A DNA stretch of 64,000 nucleotides from Nitrospirota bacterium (GCA_963845065.1 CAWJQQ010000008.1:32001-96000); one strand, 5' to 3'; shown: positions 31,920-42,668, counted from the first letter of the stretch. The notes: a model not told the origin generated them from the letters alone. Numbers and translations: made by a program.

Positions 31920-33632
31920 ATGAAAGACAAGGACAAATCCTCTCAAAAGAAGAAGAGCTCCAAGGAGGCGACTGATGCCAAGCGGCTCAGGTCAAAAGGT
32001 GGCTCACGATTAACTGGGAAAATGATCGAAGCTCGTTTTCAGGCTGTATTCAAGAGCTCGCGAGACGCCATTGGAATTTCCAAGGTGGGTATTAATGTGT
32101 TCGTAAATCCTGCATATCTTGAACTCTTCGGGTTTCCGCCCGGGACCGATCTTGCAGGCAAACCGGTCCTAGATCTCATTGTTCAGGAAAGCCGCGACAA
32201 GTTCAAGTCGTACATCCTTCGTAGTGTGCGGGGCGAGACTTTGGCATCGATCTTCGCGACACGTGGCTTGCGTTCTGACGGAACTAAACTCGATATTGAG
32301 GTCCATGCTTCTCGGTATCAGGAGAATGGCGAAGACCTTACCCTCATGATCCTGAGGGATGTCACCGAAGACACACGCGCCGCAGAGAAAATCGCCGAGT
32401 GTGGGGCCACGATGCAGCAGATCATGGATACGGCGAGCGTGGCGATCTTCCTGGTCGACAAGTCCGGCCGGATCGTCCACGCCAACAGGCGCATGGCTCA
32501 AATGTTCGGCTGCTCGATGGAGGAACTTGTTGGAAGCGAATACATCGACCATGTTGACCCATCGGAGCGGGACAGCGGTCGACAAAAGATGCTGGCCCTG
32601 CTGGCGAGCGAGATCCCTTCCGTTGACCTCGAACGACTTTACTGGCGGAATGACGGCACCCAGTTCTGGGGGCATCTCGCTGGCCGACGCCTCCACGACG
32701 TTCACGGTAACGAACTCGGCCTGATTGGCGTGATTACAAACATTACCGAGCATAAGCGGGCAGAGGAAGCTCTGCGCGAAAGCGAGGAAAGACTTCTTTC
32801 CGTGATGGAGTCCGTCGCGGATTCAATATACCTTTTGGATGCAAAATACCGGTTTTTGTTCATGAACAAAAAGCACATCGAGCGACTTGGTCTGAAGGGT
32901 AAGGACTATAACGGTCGAGCTTTTGGCGAATTCCATTCATCTGAAGAGACAAAAGAGCTTATCGAATGCGTTGATAAGGTATTTAAAACGGGCGATACGA
33001 TTCGGCAAGAACATTTCAGTCGAAGGGACAGTAAATATTTTTTACGTTCATTTAGCCCAGTTAAAGATGCCGACTCGCGAATAGTCTCTGTAACTGTCGT
33101 CTCAAAAGATATTAATGATTTGAAGCAGATGGAGGATAAACTACGGAACCTCTCCCTCACGGATGAGCTTACCGGGCTGCACAATCGGCGTGGATTCTTT
33201 ACGATGGTAGAACCGCTGCTGAAACTGGCCAAGCGTCATAAAAATCCAGCCTACCTGCTCTATGCCGACTTGGATAATTTAAAGGAGATTAATGATGTAC
33301 TTGGCCATCAAGAAGGTGATCAGGCAATAAAAGATACAGCCACTGTCTTGAAAGCGACCTTTCGCGAAACGGATATCGTTGCACGCATCGGTGGTGATGA
33401 ATTTGTTGTCATTCCCGTAGCAAGTAACAAGGAAAAAGCCAATATAGTTACCACCCGTTTTAAAGAGAATGTCAGGGTTCATAATGAAAATAATAAGCAC
33501 GCCTATAAACTTTCTATCAGTTTGGGAATGTCCTGTTACGATCCAGGAGATCCATGCTCCATTCACGACCTGCTGACGCAGGCCGAGAAATTGATGTACG
33601 AAGATAAAGTGCTCAAGCAGAAGACAGACTAA
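31920..33632 (+). CDS. multi-PAS diguanylate cyclase
   Basis: Three PAS/PAC-like segments, DELTGLHNRR and RIGGDEF motifs. Confidence 0.93.
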   Translation: MKDKDKSSQKKKSSKEATDAKRLRSKGGSRLTGKMIEARFQAVFKSSRDAIGISKVGINVFVNPAYLELFGFPPGTDLAGKPVLDLIVQESRDKFKSYILRSVRGETLASIFATRGLRSDGTKLDIEVHASRYQENGEDLTLMILRDVTEDTRAAEKIAECGATMQQIMDTASVAIFLVDKSGRIVHANRRMAQMFGCSMEELVGSEYIDHVDPSERDSGRQKMLALLASEIPSVDLERLYWRNDGTQFWGHLAGRRLHDVHGNELGLIGVITNITEHKRAEEALRESEERLLSVMESVADSIYLLDAKYRFLFMNKKHIERLGLKGKDYNGRAFGEFHSSEETKELIECVDKVFKTGDTIRQEHFSRRDSKYFLRSFSPVKDADSRIVSVTVVSKDINDLKQMEDKLRNLSLTDELTGLHNRRGFFTMVEPLLKLAKRHKNPAYLLYADLDNLKEINDVLGHQEGDQAIKDTATVLKATFRETDIVARIGGDEFVVIPVASNKEKANIVTTRFKENVRVHNENNKHAYKLSISLGMSCYDPGDPCSIHDLLTQAEKLMYEDKVLKQKTD

Positions 33633-34041
33633 GAATATTCTTCATGTCCGCCACCGGAGGGATTGCAACAAACAAAATCGTTCCATGTACTAGCCGTAAT
33701 AAGAGAGTACATATTTGAATCAGTATTTCACACCATCGTCATTAAATTGACATTCCACAGTAGGATGTGAAGTAGAGGAGCGTCGGTAGCTGTATGAAGT
33801 GAAGAGTACCAGTTGGAACATTCAGTGCTCACTTCTTTCCGAATTCTGCATGACATTTAGTCATCTTCTTTTCCGCTTTATCTTACAGAGTAATTCTATT
33901 ATACTTTCCGCATCAATTAATCGACCATTTTGCATAATTGTCATCGGCGTAAAATGTCATGAAAGACACGAGTAGCTGCTCGAAGTTATTATCCCGAGGC
34001 AGCGTGAATACTGCAAATCAAGAAGATACCATAATCGCCAA

Positions 34042-36882
34042 ATGAAAATTATCGAATATGCAGACCTTGATACATCAAAGGTAAAACGGCAATATGGGAA
34101 ACTCATCGGATTTCTCGAAAAGGATGATTTCTATTCCGCAGAAGTAAAAAAATTGTCCGAACAGGACCTCTTTCGAGCGAAGCTTGACGACACCAATCGT
34201 CTTCTTTTTAAAATCATGACCTATGGAGGAGAGAGGTATGCCCTTATACTTGAGGTTGTGTTTAATCACGAGTATGACAAATCGAAGTTTTTACGAGGCG
34301 TTCGAATTGACGAAGCAAAGATTCCAATTGTCGAGCCGACGGCCGTAGAAAACGAAAAACTTCCCACACTCTCATATATCAACCCGGCGCTTATTCGCTT
34401 TCATGTTCTTGACAAGGTGATATCCTTTGATCCTGATCAGCAAGGAGCCTTTCAACATCCTACGCCGCTCATCATTATCGGTCCAGCCGGCAGCGGAAAG
34501 ACCGCGCTTACTCTCGAAAAGATGAAACAAGCCCATGGCCAGGTGCTGTATGTGACTTTGTCACGCTACCTTGCGGATAATTCTCGAAATATTTATTATT
34601 CCCATCACTATGAAAACAAAGAACAGGAGATAGCCTTCCTATCGTTTCGGGAATATCTTGAAACGATGCGGGTCCCCGAGGGCAGGGAAATCACCTACCG
34701 GGCTTATGCCGCATGGCTTACGAGAATTCCGAAGCAGCAACGTCTCTCGGACGCACATCGCCTCTATGAGGAGTTCCGTGGCGTTTTGACCGGATCAGTC
34801 ATAGACAAACCATGGCTTTCCCGTGAAGAGTACCTCGAACTCGGTGTCCGTCAGTCCATCTTTCTTGCCGATGAGCGCGAAGTAGTATACTCGCTATTTG
34901 GAAAATACCTAACATATTTGAAGGAAAACAGTTTTTACGACCCGAATATCCTGGCGCACAACTATTTACCTCAGGTAAAGCAGTCTTATGACTTTGTCGT
35001 TGTCGATGAGGTGCAGGATATCACCAACATTCAGCTTCAGCTTATTCTCCGGAGCCTGACGCGACCAGATGAGTTTATTCTCTGCGGCGACTCTAATCAG
35101 ATCGTCCATCCGAACTTTTTCTCATGGAGCAGCCTCAAGTCCATGTTTTATCAGGCCGAAGCTCTTGAATCAGGCAAGGTGACGCGGATTTTACAGTCAA
35201 ATTTTCGCAACTCGGTTTCCGTTACCGAACTTGCGAACAAGCTGCTCAGGGTAAAACACAAACGTTTCGGGTCCATCGACCGGGAAAGCAATTACCTTAT
35301 GAACAGTGTGTCGGACAGGACTGGCGAGATATTTTTCGTCCGGGACACGGATAAGGCTAAACGGGAATTGAGTCAAAAGACCAGAAAGTCCACTAAATTC
35401 GCCGTGTTGGTCATGCGCGATGAAGATAAGGACTTGGTGCGGCAGTTCTTTGATACGCCGCTGCTCTTCAGCATTCAGGAGGCCAAGGGCCTGGAATACG
35501 AGAACGTTATCCTCGTAAACTTTATATCGAGTGAGCGCGCCACCTTTCGGGAGATCATTGATGGGGTGAGCGAAGAGGACTTGAATGGGGAGCTGGATTA
35601 TCGGCGGGCCCGGGACAAAACGGATAAATCCCTTGAGGTCTATAAGTTCTTCATCAATTCTCTTTATGTTGCTGTCACGCGCGCCGTGCATAAACTGTAT
35701 CTGATCGAGAGCGACGTTAACCACCCGTTCATTGGAATACTTGGGATTCAGAATGCGCGAGAGGACGCTGCTGTTGACGAGAAACAGTCCAGCATCGAAG
35801 AATGGCAAGCTGAGGCTCATAAGCTGGAGCTCCAAGGCAGGCAGGAGCAGGCAGACGAAATCAGGCGCGGTATTCTAAAAACTCAGGCCGTTCCCTGGGA
35901 AGTGTGTACGCCCGAACATGTGCTGAAACTCCTTGCTCGCGCTCGAGACCCGAAGGAAGTATCCCAGAAACCGAAGAAAACATTGTTCGAGTATGGCTTG
36001 TTCTATGATGAGCCCCGCTTAATGGACACCTTAAGCCAGACAGGATTCGACAAGGCAAAGCAGCTTTTTAAAACAGAGTATGGCTACCGGTCTTTGAACG
36101 AACCCGTGTACGAACAACAAAGAAGCAGTGTAATTGCGCGATACCTCGAGGATTACAGGGGGCGGTTTTATAAGAACATACTCAAACAATGCGAAACTTA
36201 CGGCATCGACCACCGTATGGTATTCAACAAAACACCACTCATGCTTGCCGCGGTTGCGGGCAACGCTGCGCTTATCCGGGAACTGCTCGCAGCAGGCGCT
36301 GACGCGGACGCGATTGACCATTATGGATGTACAGCGTGGCTGGGCGCACTGGATTGGGCTCTTCACGATCGCGAATTCGCCTCCAAACAGTTTACTTCTG
36401 TACATGAGCTTCTCGCACCTTCTTATATCAGTCTCAAGGTCGAGGATCGCCTGGTGAAACTTGACGGCAGTCAGGGAGAATTTCTGCTGTTCTCCATCTT
36501 TTTATCCCTGCTGCACAAACGGTTCAACTCGAAGTACGTGGCCATGGCTTCGCTCAACGCCGTCACGCTGGCAGAAAGTTGCTCCCTTTTGCCGGACAGC
36601 ATTGTACCTGGGTACCGGAAAAAGAGAACCTACATCTCAGGGCTCCTGTCGAAAAACGAAGAGGAAAGCCAGAATCAATACGGCAGGAGACTGTTCCGAC
36701 GCGAACGGCAGGGGTGGTATGTCCTGAATCCGAAACTTGCCATACGGCACCGGGAGGATTGGAGAGATATTTACCAGCACGCCGGTATCGACTTGATCGC
36801 TCACATGGGGCCGGAAGGTGAAGAGGCGTACCGCTCCATGATTGCGCATGTGCTCAGCGACCGAGGAGAAAAGGATTTTTAG
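34042..36882 (+). CDS. UvrD-like SF1 helicase with RelE-like N-terminus and ankyrin repeat
   Basis: GPAGSGKT, VDEVQD, GDSNQ, NFRN, EAKGLEY, YVAVTRA; ankyrin KTPLMLAAVAGNAALIRELLAAGAD. Confidence 0.8.
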   Translation: MKIIEYADLDTSKVKRQYGKLIGFLEKDDFYSAEVKKLSEQDLFRAKLDDTNRLLFKIMTYGGERYALILEVVFNHEYDKSKFLRGVRIDEAKIPIVEPTAVENEKLPTLSYINPALIRFHVLDKVISFDPDQQGAFQHPTPLIIIGPAGSGKTALTLEKMKQAHGQVLYVTLSRYLADNSRNIYYSHHYENKEQEIAFLSFREYLETMRVPEGREITYRAYAAWLTRIPKQQRLSDAHRLYEEFRGVLTGSVIDKPWLSREEYLELGVRQSIFLADEREVVYSLFGKYLTYLKENSFYDPNILAHNYLPQVKQSYDFVVVDEVQDITNIQLQLILRSLTRPDEFILCGDSNQIVHPNFFSWSSLKSMFYQAEALESGKVTRILQSNFRNSVSVTELANKLLRVKHKRFGSIDRESNYLMNSVSDRTGEIFFVRDTDKAKRELSQKTRKSTKFAVLVMRDEDKDLVRQFFDTPLLFSIQEAKGLEYENVILVNFISSERATFREIIDGVSEEDLNGELDYRRARDKTDKSLEVYKFFINSLYVAVTRAVHKLYLIESDVNHPFIGILGIQNAREDAAVDEKQSSIEEWQAEAHKLELQGRQEQADEIRRGILKTQAVPWEVCTPEHVLKLLARARDPKEVSQKPKKTLFEYGLFYDEPRLMDTLSQTGFDKAKQLFKTEYGYRSLNEPVYEQQRSSVIARYLEDYRGRFYKNILKQCETYGIDHRMVFNKTPLMLAAVAGNAALIRELLAAGADADAIDHYGCTAWLGALDWALHDREFASKQFTSVHELLAPSYISLKVEDRLVKLDGSQGEFLLFSIFLSLLHKRFNSKYVAMASLNAVTLAESCSLLPDSIVPGYRKKRTYISGLLSKNEEESQNQYGRRLFRRERQGWYVLNPKLAIRHREDWRDIYQHAGIDLIAHMGPEGEEAYRSMIAHVLSDRGEKDF

Positions 36883-37088
36883 AGAACCTGGCCAGTGATC
36901 ATGATTGGTACAGAAATACCTTGAAATGTTTAATGTTATAGATATAATAAAGTCAAGGGATATAGCGATCAATAATATTTCACACGGCGTTTGGACAAAC
37001 TGATTGATGACCGCTGACTGCTAGTCAGACAGATCTCACAAAGTGCATATAACCATATTATGCATGGAAACCATGAGGTGCATCGCCA

Positions 37089-37412
37089 ATGAATGAAACA
37101 TTCTTGCGGATCCTGCATCTTGTCCAGCGTGGCGATGTGAAAATATCTGATCATGGTTATGACGAACTAGCGGCTGACAATATCTTTGTCCGGGATGTTA
37201 TGGCGACGGTTGCCGATGCAGTCATTGTCGAGGATTATCCAGACTATCCAAAAGGGCCTTCCGTACTTGTGTTGCAGAAAGATCGGACTGGTCACTCAAT
37301 ACATGTGGTATGGGGCATTCCAAAAGGGGCATCGTCACCAGCAGTTCTCGTTACCGCTTATAGGCCGGATCTGGAACGCTGGTCAGAGGATTTTTTAAGG
37401 AGAAAACAATGA
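37089..37412 (+). CDS. DUF4258 family protein (putative toxin)
   Basis: [22 protein letters not shown] and [10 protein letters not shown] motifs. Confidence 0.8.
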   Translation: MNETFLRILHLVQRGDVKISDHGYDELAADNIFVRDVMATVADAVIVEDYPDYPKGPSVLVLQKDRTGHSIHVVWGIPKGASSPAVLVTAYRPDLERWSEDFLRRKQ

Positions 37413-37624
37413 AGTCAAAACATTATACAAAACTTGTGCATGAGCGGGAATATGTTGCTGAAGTAGATGTGGAACTGATCTATTCAGATGATGGGTGGTC
37501 ACCGTATCTTTCAGTGGAAGATGCATACAAGCTGGATGATGTGCGCGAAGCTCTTCGGCAGGGCAATTTGGAGACAGCGTCCCGTTTGGCTAAAGTCTAT
37601 ACCTTAACTCCGCTTACCACTTAG
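37409..37624 (+). CDS. small acidic protein, putative antitoxin partner
   Basis: ATGA overlap with the DUF4258 gene; [25 protein letters not shown]. Confidence 0.65.
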   Translation: MKSKHYTKLVHEREYVAEVDVELIYSDDGWSPYLSVEDAYKLDDVREALRQGNLETASRLAKVYTLTPLTT

Positions 37625-37961
37625 GTTTCGCCATTGAGTGGAATCTGACTTTAGAGAAAGGACAATGGGGTACTATTGGGGGTATGATGAAAATAGCATT
37701 AGAATATATATAGCAATTTCAATGCATTGGACAAACTATTTGATGGTCGCCGCCTCCACCAATAAACAAAAATGCTATCAGTCATTCGTGGATTGCCTAG
37801 GAGGTAAGATAAATCTTACTTCCTTTTTTTTTGGAGCTGCAGTCGAGACACCAATATTGTGCATGTAAATGCAGGTTTCTGTTATTTGCCACTCCAGTGT
37901 CAAATATTAGCGCTTCCCGAAATATAAATTAATAATGCAATAAATCAATAAATTAACAATT

Positions 37962-37988
37962 CTAGCACTCGCGTTGACAGAGTGCTAG
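37962..37988 (+). promoter_or_regulatory. CIRCE operator overlapping the -35 of the hsp20 promoter
   Basis: CTAGCACTC-N9-GAGTGCTAG with TTGACA (37974) in the spacer and TATATT 17 bp later. Confidence 0.88.
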
Positions 37989-38192
37989 TGGAGTGATATA
38001 TTATAATTAGTCGGCAGGATTGATGAGAGAGAAGGAGTGTCTAGCGCATAAGAGCCCAGAGAGAACTTAATAAAAAGATTTCCTGTAGTATCAACGGCTC
38101 AATCGACCATATATATCTATAAAGAGAGGTGAAAAGGGCAAAATTATACGTGAATCGGATATCGTAAAAATCGAAGGGAAGGGGGGATTTTT

Positions 38193-38709
38193 ATGAAAAG
38201 CCTGATTCGTTGGGATCCCTTCAGAATAATGAGAAGGGGTGATCCATTTGAAGAGCTTCGTTCAATGCAACATGACATGGATCTGCTTTTTTGACCGGTT
38301 CTTGGGTGTAGAGATGCGCATGGAAAGACCTATGCTCTGGATGCCGTCAGTAGAAAGCTATATCAAAGACAGCAAGCTCGTATTTAAAGCAGAATTGCCT
38401 GGTGTGGATCCAAAGGACTTAGACGTCAGCATCACGGATCGAGAACTGATCATTAAGGGTGAACGTAAAGCTGAAAAAGGCACCAAGGATGAGAATTACG
38501 ATTATCGCGAAATATCCTATGGTTCATTCGAGCGGCGTTTTGTGTTGCCTGAAGGCGTAAAGACCGAAGAACTGAAGGCGAAATTCTCGAATGGTATTCT
38601 TGAGATTACCGTGCCTGCTCCAACAATAATCAAGGCGCGGAAGATAGAGGTTGAGGCTCCGAAAGAAGAGAAAAAACTGATTGAGACCGAAGCTAAGAAA
38701 GCAGCTTGA
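38193..38709 (+). pseudogene. Hsp20 small heat shock protein with +1 frameshift in a T6 tract (38287-38292)
   Basis: MKSLIRWDPF...MDLLF* then DRFLG...AELPGV...YGSFER...NGILEI in another frame; removing one T fuses them. Confidence 0.85.
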
Positions 38710-38766
38710 TTCAGATGGCGGATGTGCAACTCATTGCTCCCCCTAGTCGGTGCAGGGGTTAAATTT

Positions 38767-38807
38767 AAAAAACCATCCCTTAATGCTTTCGAAGGGGTGG
38801 TTTTTTT
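38767..38807 (+). terminator. rho-independent terminator after hsp20
   Basis: AAAAAACCATCCCTT...AAGGGGTGGTTTTTTT. Confidence 0.7.
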
Positions 38808-38910
38808 GCTATCAGTTATCCTAGAAAGCCATAGTTTTCAATATTTCAAGTGGAAAATGAAGAACTGAAGAACTAAGGTATCGTACATAACACCATCATT
38901 TAATATCACC

Positions 38911-38967
38911 TTGACACGAATTCACTCATATGTTACATTATTAGCACTCTATTGTGGCGAGTGCTAA
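38911..38967 (+). promoter_or_regulatory. sigma-70 promoter and perfect CIRCE upstream of hrcA
   Basis: TTGACA-17-TACATT, then TTAGCACTC-TATTGTGGC-GAGTGCTAA at 38941-38967. Confidence 0.95.
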
Positions 38968-39010
38968 TGAGGTCAGGTACAATGTTTCTTTATCAAGGCA
39001 AATAAGCAGT

Positions 39011-40057
39011 ATGAATCTGGATGATAGAAATAGAAAGGTTTTACAGGCTGTCATTGACAGCTATATTGCGAGCGGATATCCAATCGGCTCAACCGTGCTT
39101 GTGAAACGATATGATTTCGGGGTAAGTTCCGCCACGCTCCGGAACATCATGGCCGAGCTCGAGGAGATGGGATTACTAACCCATCCGCACACCTCGGCAG
39201 GCAGAATTCCTACTGACCTCGGGTATCGATACTATATTGACAGTTTAATCAGCATCGAAAACGACAACGGTGATATCGAAGGGCACCTGCAGCAGGCCCC
39301 TCAGTTGCACGGCGATGATTTCCAGGGGCTCATGGAAGAGGCGAGCCGGTTCCTTGCCGCATTGTCTCACTGCGCCGGTGTTGTTGTTGCCCCGAGCGAA
39401 TCGGAAGCATCGTACAGGCACATTGAATTCGTTCGTTTGCGTGGACGACGGGTTCTCATCATTTTTGTGACCTCTACGGGCATTGTCCAGAACAAGCTCA
39501 TTGAACTCGACGAGAGCATCCGGCAGCAGGATTTGAACATGTTCAGCGCCTATCTTGCTGAGGAGCTTGAAGAGTGGACGTTGAGCGAGGTTCGTAAACG
39601 TTTAGTTGAAAAGTTGGAGGAACAAAAGCTATTGTTCATGCAACTCATGGACGAGACCTATAGGGCCAGCCGGGACGTGCAAGAGCGGGAAAGCGAAAAA
39701 GTATACATCGGCGGCGCATCGCAGGTCCTTGAGAGTCCAGAGTTCGCAGATGTCGAAAAAATGAGAACATTGTTCAAAGCATTCGAGGACAAGTACAAAC
39801 TGCTCAAGCTCCTCGACCGGAGCGTTTCGGCGCAAGGCATCAAGGTTTTTATCGGATCGGAAAATCCCTTTTTTGAGATGCAGGGATGCAGCATGGTGGT
39901 CAGCAGGTATAAAGCGGGTTCGAACGTTGTGGGTACGCTCGGTGTTATCGGACCCACGAGGATGCAGTACAAGCAAGTGATCCATGTTGTGGATTATACG
40001 GCAAAGTTTCTTTCGAAGCTGCTAAGTGAACGATTTCAGAGAGGCTTAGAGCGATGA
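39011..40057 (+). CDS. hrcA: heat-inducible transcription repressor HrcA
   Basis: SSATLRNIMAELE, HPHTSAGRIPTDLGYRYY and GVIGPTRM motifs. Confidence 0.97.
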   Translation: MNLDDRNRKVLQAVIDSYIASGYPIGSTVLVKRYDFGVSSATLRNIMAELEEMGLLTHPHTSAGRIPTDLGYRYYIDSLISIENDNGDIEGHLQQAPQLHGDDFQGLMEEASRFLAALSHCAGVVVAPSESEASYRHIEFVRLRGRRVLIIFVTSTGIVQNKLIELDESIRQQDLNMFSAYLAEELEEWTLSEVRKRLVEKLEEQKLLFMQLMDETYRASRDVQERESEKVYIGGASQVLESPEFADVEKMRTLFKAFEDKYKLLKLLDRSVSAQGIKVFIGSENPFFEMQGCSMVVSRYKAGSNVVGTLGVIGPTRMQYKQVIHVVDYTAKFLSKLLSERFQRGLER

Positions 40058-40644
40058 GTGACGAGTTAGATGATCTCTTGGAAGAGGATGGAGCATTGGA
40101 TCCTTTTGTGAAAGCAGAGGATACCGCGGCTGTGTCGGCGGATATGGCAAAACTGACTCAGGCGCTGGAGCAGAAAGCCAAAGAAGCGGCGGAGGCACAT
40201 GATAAGTATCTCCGGACATCCGCAGATTTCGACAATTACCGCAAGCGAACGCAGCGTGATCTTGCAGATTTTCGGAAGTACGCGAATGAGCAGATGGCGC
40301 GGGAACTCCTGAGCGTCGTCGACCACCTTTCGCTAGCAATCAAACATGCGGCGGACGCAGGCGAAAGCAACGATGGTCTCCGTCAGGGCGTGGAACTGGT
40401 GCATAAGCAACTCCGCGACGTGCTTGAAAAGTTCGGGATTATAGTCTTTGCCTCGCAGGGAGAACCGTTCGATCCCTCAAAACACGAGGCCATCATGCAG
40501 GAACCGACCGATACGGTCCCGGAGAATACAGTGGTGCAGGTGTTCCAGGACGGATATCTCTACCACGATAAGGTGCTTCGCCATGCGCGGGTGAGTGTAT
40601 CTAAGAAGCCTGCGGTCGAGAATCAGGAAGAAAGCAAGGAATAA
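40054..40644 (+). CDS. grpE: nucleotide exchange factor GrpE
   Basis: ADFDNYRKR, FDPSKHEA and GYLYHDKVLRHARVSV motifs. Confidence 0.97.
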   Translation: MSDELDDLLEEDGALDPFVKAEDTAAVSADMAKLTQALEQKAKEAAEAHDKYLRTSADFDNYRKRTQRDLADFRKYANEQMARELLSVVDHLSLAIKHAADAGESNDGLRQGVELVHKQLRDVLEKFGIIVFASQGEPFDPSKHEAIMQEPTDTVPENTVVQVFQDGYLYHDKVLRHARVSVSKKPAVENQEESKE

Positions 40645-40748
40645 CACGTAAATAACTGAAACGGAGTTCTTCGCAAGAAGAGAACGCTTCTATCTCCGTT
40701 TCAGAATAACAGACATTCGTCTACGAGAATAACTTCAAGGAGGACATT

Positions 40749-42668
40749 ATGGCAAAAGTTATAGGAATCGATCTTGGAACTACCAACTCCTGTGTAGCGA
40801 TCATGGAGGGAGGGGAACCGGTCGTAATCCCGAATTCCGAAGGGAGCCGAACAACCCCGTCAGTGGTGGCGTTCACCGAGGGCGGAGAACGGCTGGTAGG
40901 CCAGATCGCAAAACGGCAGTCGATCACGAACCCCGAAAACACCATATTTTCGATCAAGCGCCTCATGGGCAGGAAATACGACTCAAATGAGGTCAAAGAG
41001 GCGATGAAGCATTTGCCGTACAAGATTGTCTCCGCTGCCAACGGCGACGCCCACGTTATGGTTCGCGGTAAAACCTATAGCCCGTCGGAGATTTCGGCAA
41101 TGATCTTGCAAAAAATGAGGCAGACAGCTGAGGATTTTCTGGGTGAAAAGGTGATCGATGCAGTGATTACCGTGCCTGCCTACTTCAACGACAGCCAGCG
41201 ACAAGCCACGAAGGACGCTGGCAGGATCGCTGGCTTGAACGTGCTCAGGATCATCAACGAGCCTACGGCCGCGGCTCTGGCCTATGGACTGGATAAGAAG
41301 AAGGATGAAACCGTCGCGGTGTACGACCTTGGCGGTGGTACCTTTGATATCTCTATCCTTGAGCTCGGTGAAGGCGTGTTCGAGGTAAAATCGACGAACG
41401 GTGACACCTATCTGGGCGGTGACGATTTCGACGAACGGATCATCAAGTGGCTTGCCGATGAGTTCAGGAAAGACCAGGGTATCGACTTGAGCAAGGACAA
41501 GATGGCGCTTCAGCGTTTAAAGGAAGCGGCGGAGAAAGCCAAGATCGAACTTTCGTCGGTCGCGGAAACGGAGATCAACCTCCCCTTCATCACGGCTGAT
41601 GCGACCGGTCCCAAGCACCTGCTCTACAAGATTTCACGGGCGAAAATGGAACAGCTCGTGGGAGATCTCGTCGAAAAGACCATCGATCCCGTGAAAAAGG
41701 CGCTGAACGACGCTGGCAAGACCGTTGATAAGATCAACGAGGCGATCCTTGTTGGCGGCATGACGCGTATGCCGAAGGTCATCCAGACAGTGAAGGACTA
41801 TTTCAAGAAAGACCCGCACCGCGGCGTAAATCCCGACGAAGTCGTGGCAATCGGCGCGGGCATCCAAGGTGCGGTTCTGACCGGCCAGGTGAAAGACGTA
41901 CTGCTGCTCGATGTAACGCCACTTTCCCTCGGCATTGAGACTCTTGGCGCTGTTGCCACCAGGATCATCGAGCGCAATACCACAATCCCGACGAAAAAGA
42001 GCCAGGTGTTTTCCACCGCTTCGGACAATCAGACCGCCGTCTCTATCCACGTAGTGCAGGGCGAACGAGAAATGGCTGCGGACAATAAAACCCTTGGCCG
42101 CTTTGAGCTAGTAGGAATTCCGCCTGCTCCTCGCGGGATCCCACAGGTTGAAGTGACCTTCGATATTGACGCAAACGGCATCGTGCATGTGACTGCAAAA
42201 GACCTTGGCACGGGAAGAGAGCAGTCCATCAAAATCACCGCATCATCCGGCATGAGCAAGGACGAGATCGATAAAGCGGTGAAGGAGGCGGAGTCACATG
42301 CGGCCGATGATAAAAAAAAGCGGGAAGCCGCCGACGCCAGGAACGAGGCCGACACGCTCATCTACTCGGTGGAGAAGTCCGTCGCCGACTACGGATCCAA
42401 GCTTTCCGATGCGGAGCGCACGGACATCCAGAGGGCGCTAGAAGAGACAAAGCGTGTAAAGGACGGCCAGGATGTCGAGGCCATCAAAAAGGCGGTGGCT
42501 GAGCTCGCAAAAACGTCGCACAAACTCGCGGAAGAGGTCTACTCCAAGGTTAACAAGGACCAGCCATCGGGCACCGACACCGGCGGAGCAGCCGCGGGTG
42601 ATGGAGGCAAGTCAGGGGACAGAGTCGTGGACGCCGAGTTTGAAGAAGTGGATAAAGACAAGAAATAA
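40749..42668 (+). CDS. dnaK: chaperone DnaK
   Basis: [17 protein letters not shown] and DLGGGTFD motifs; DAEFEEV tail. Confidence 0.99.
   Translation: MAKVIGIDLGTTNSCVAIMEGGEPVVIPNSEGSRTTPSVVAFTEGGERLVGQIAKRQSITNPENTIFSIKRLMGRKYDSNEVKEAMKHLPYKIVSAANGDAHVMVRGKTYSPSEISAMILQKMRQTAEDFLGEKVIDAVITVPAYFNDSQRQATKDAGRIAGLNVLRIINEPTAAALAYGLDKKKDETVAVYDLGGGTFDISILELGEGVFEVKSTNGDTYLGGDDFDERIIKWLADEFRKDQGIDLSKDKMALQRLKEAAEKAKIELSSVAETEINLPFITADATGPKHLLYKISRAKMEQLVGDLVEKTIDPVKKALNDAGKTVDKINEAILVGGMTRMPKVIQTVKDYFKKDPHRGVNPDEVVAIGAGIQGAVLTGQVKDVLLLDVTPLSLGIETLGAVATRIIERNTTIPTKKSQVFSTASDNQTAVSIHVVQGEREMAADNKTLGRFELVGIPPAPRGIPQVEVTFDIDANGIVHVTAKDLGTGREQSIKITASSGMSKDEIDKAVKEAESHAADDKKKREAADARNEADTLIYSVEKSVADYGSKLSDAERTDIQRALEETKRVKDGQDVEAIKKAVAELAKTSHKLAEEVYSKVNKDQPSGTDTGGAAAGDGGKSGDRVVDAEFEEVDKDKK

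Larger units (their letters stand above)
13979..37761. mobile_element. genomic island integrated at the tmRNA 3' end
   Basis: CGCCGCCTCCACCA at 13965-13978 repeated at 37748-37761; accessory genes, pseudogenes and AT-rich spacers between; core genes resume afterwards. Confidence 0.75.

Noticed and set aside
19499..33865. Island repeats as a CRISPR array
   Set aside because: Copies are degenerate, kilobases apart and separated by whole genes; no cas genes.
37042..37068. dif-like sequence AGTGCATATAA-CCATA-TTATGCATGGA
   Set aside because: Spacer is 5 bp rather than 6 and the XerD arm departs from TTATGTTAAAT.
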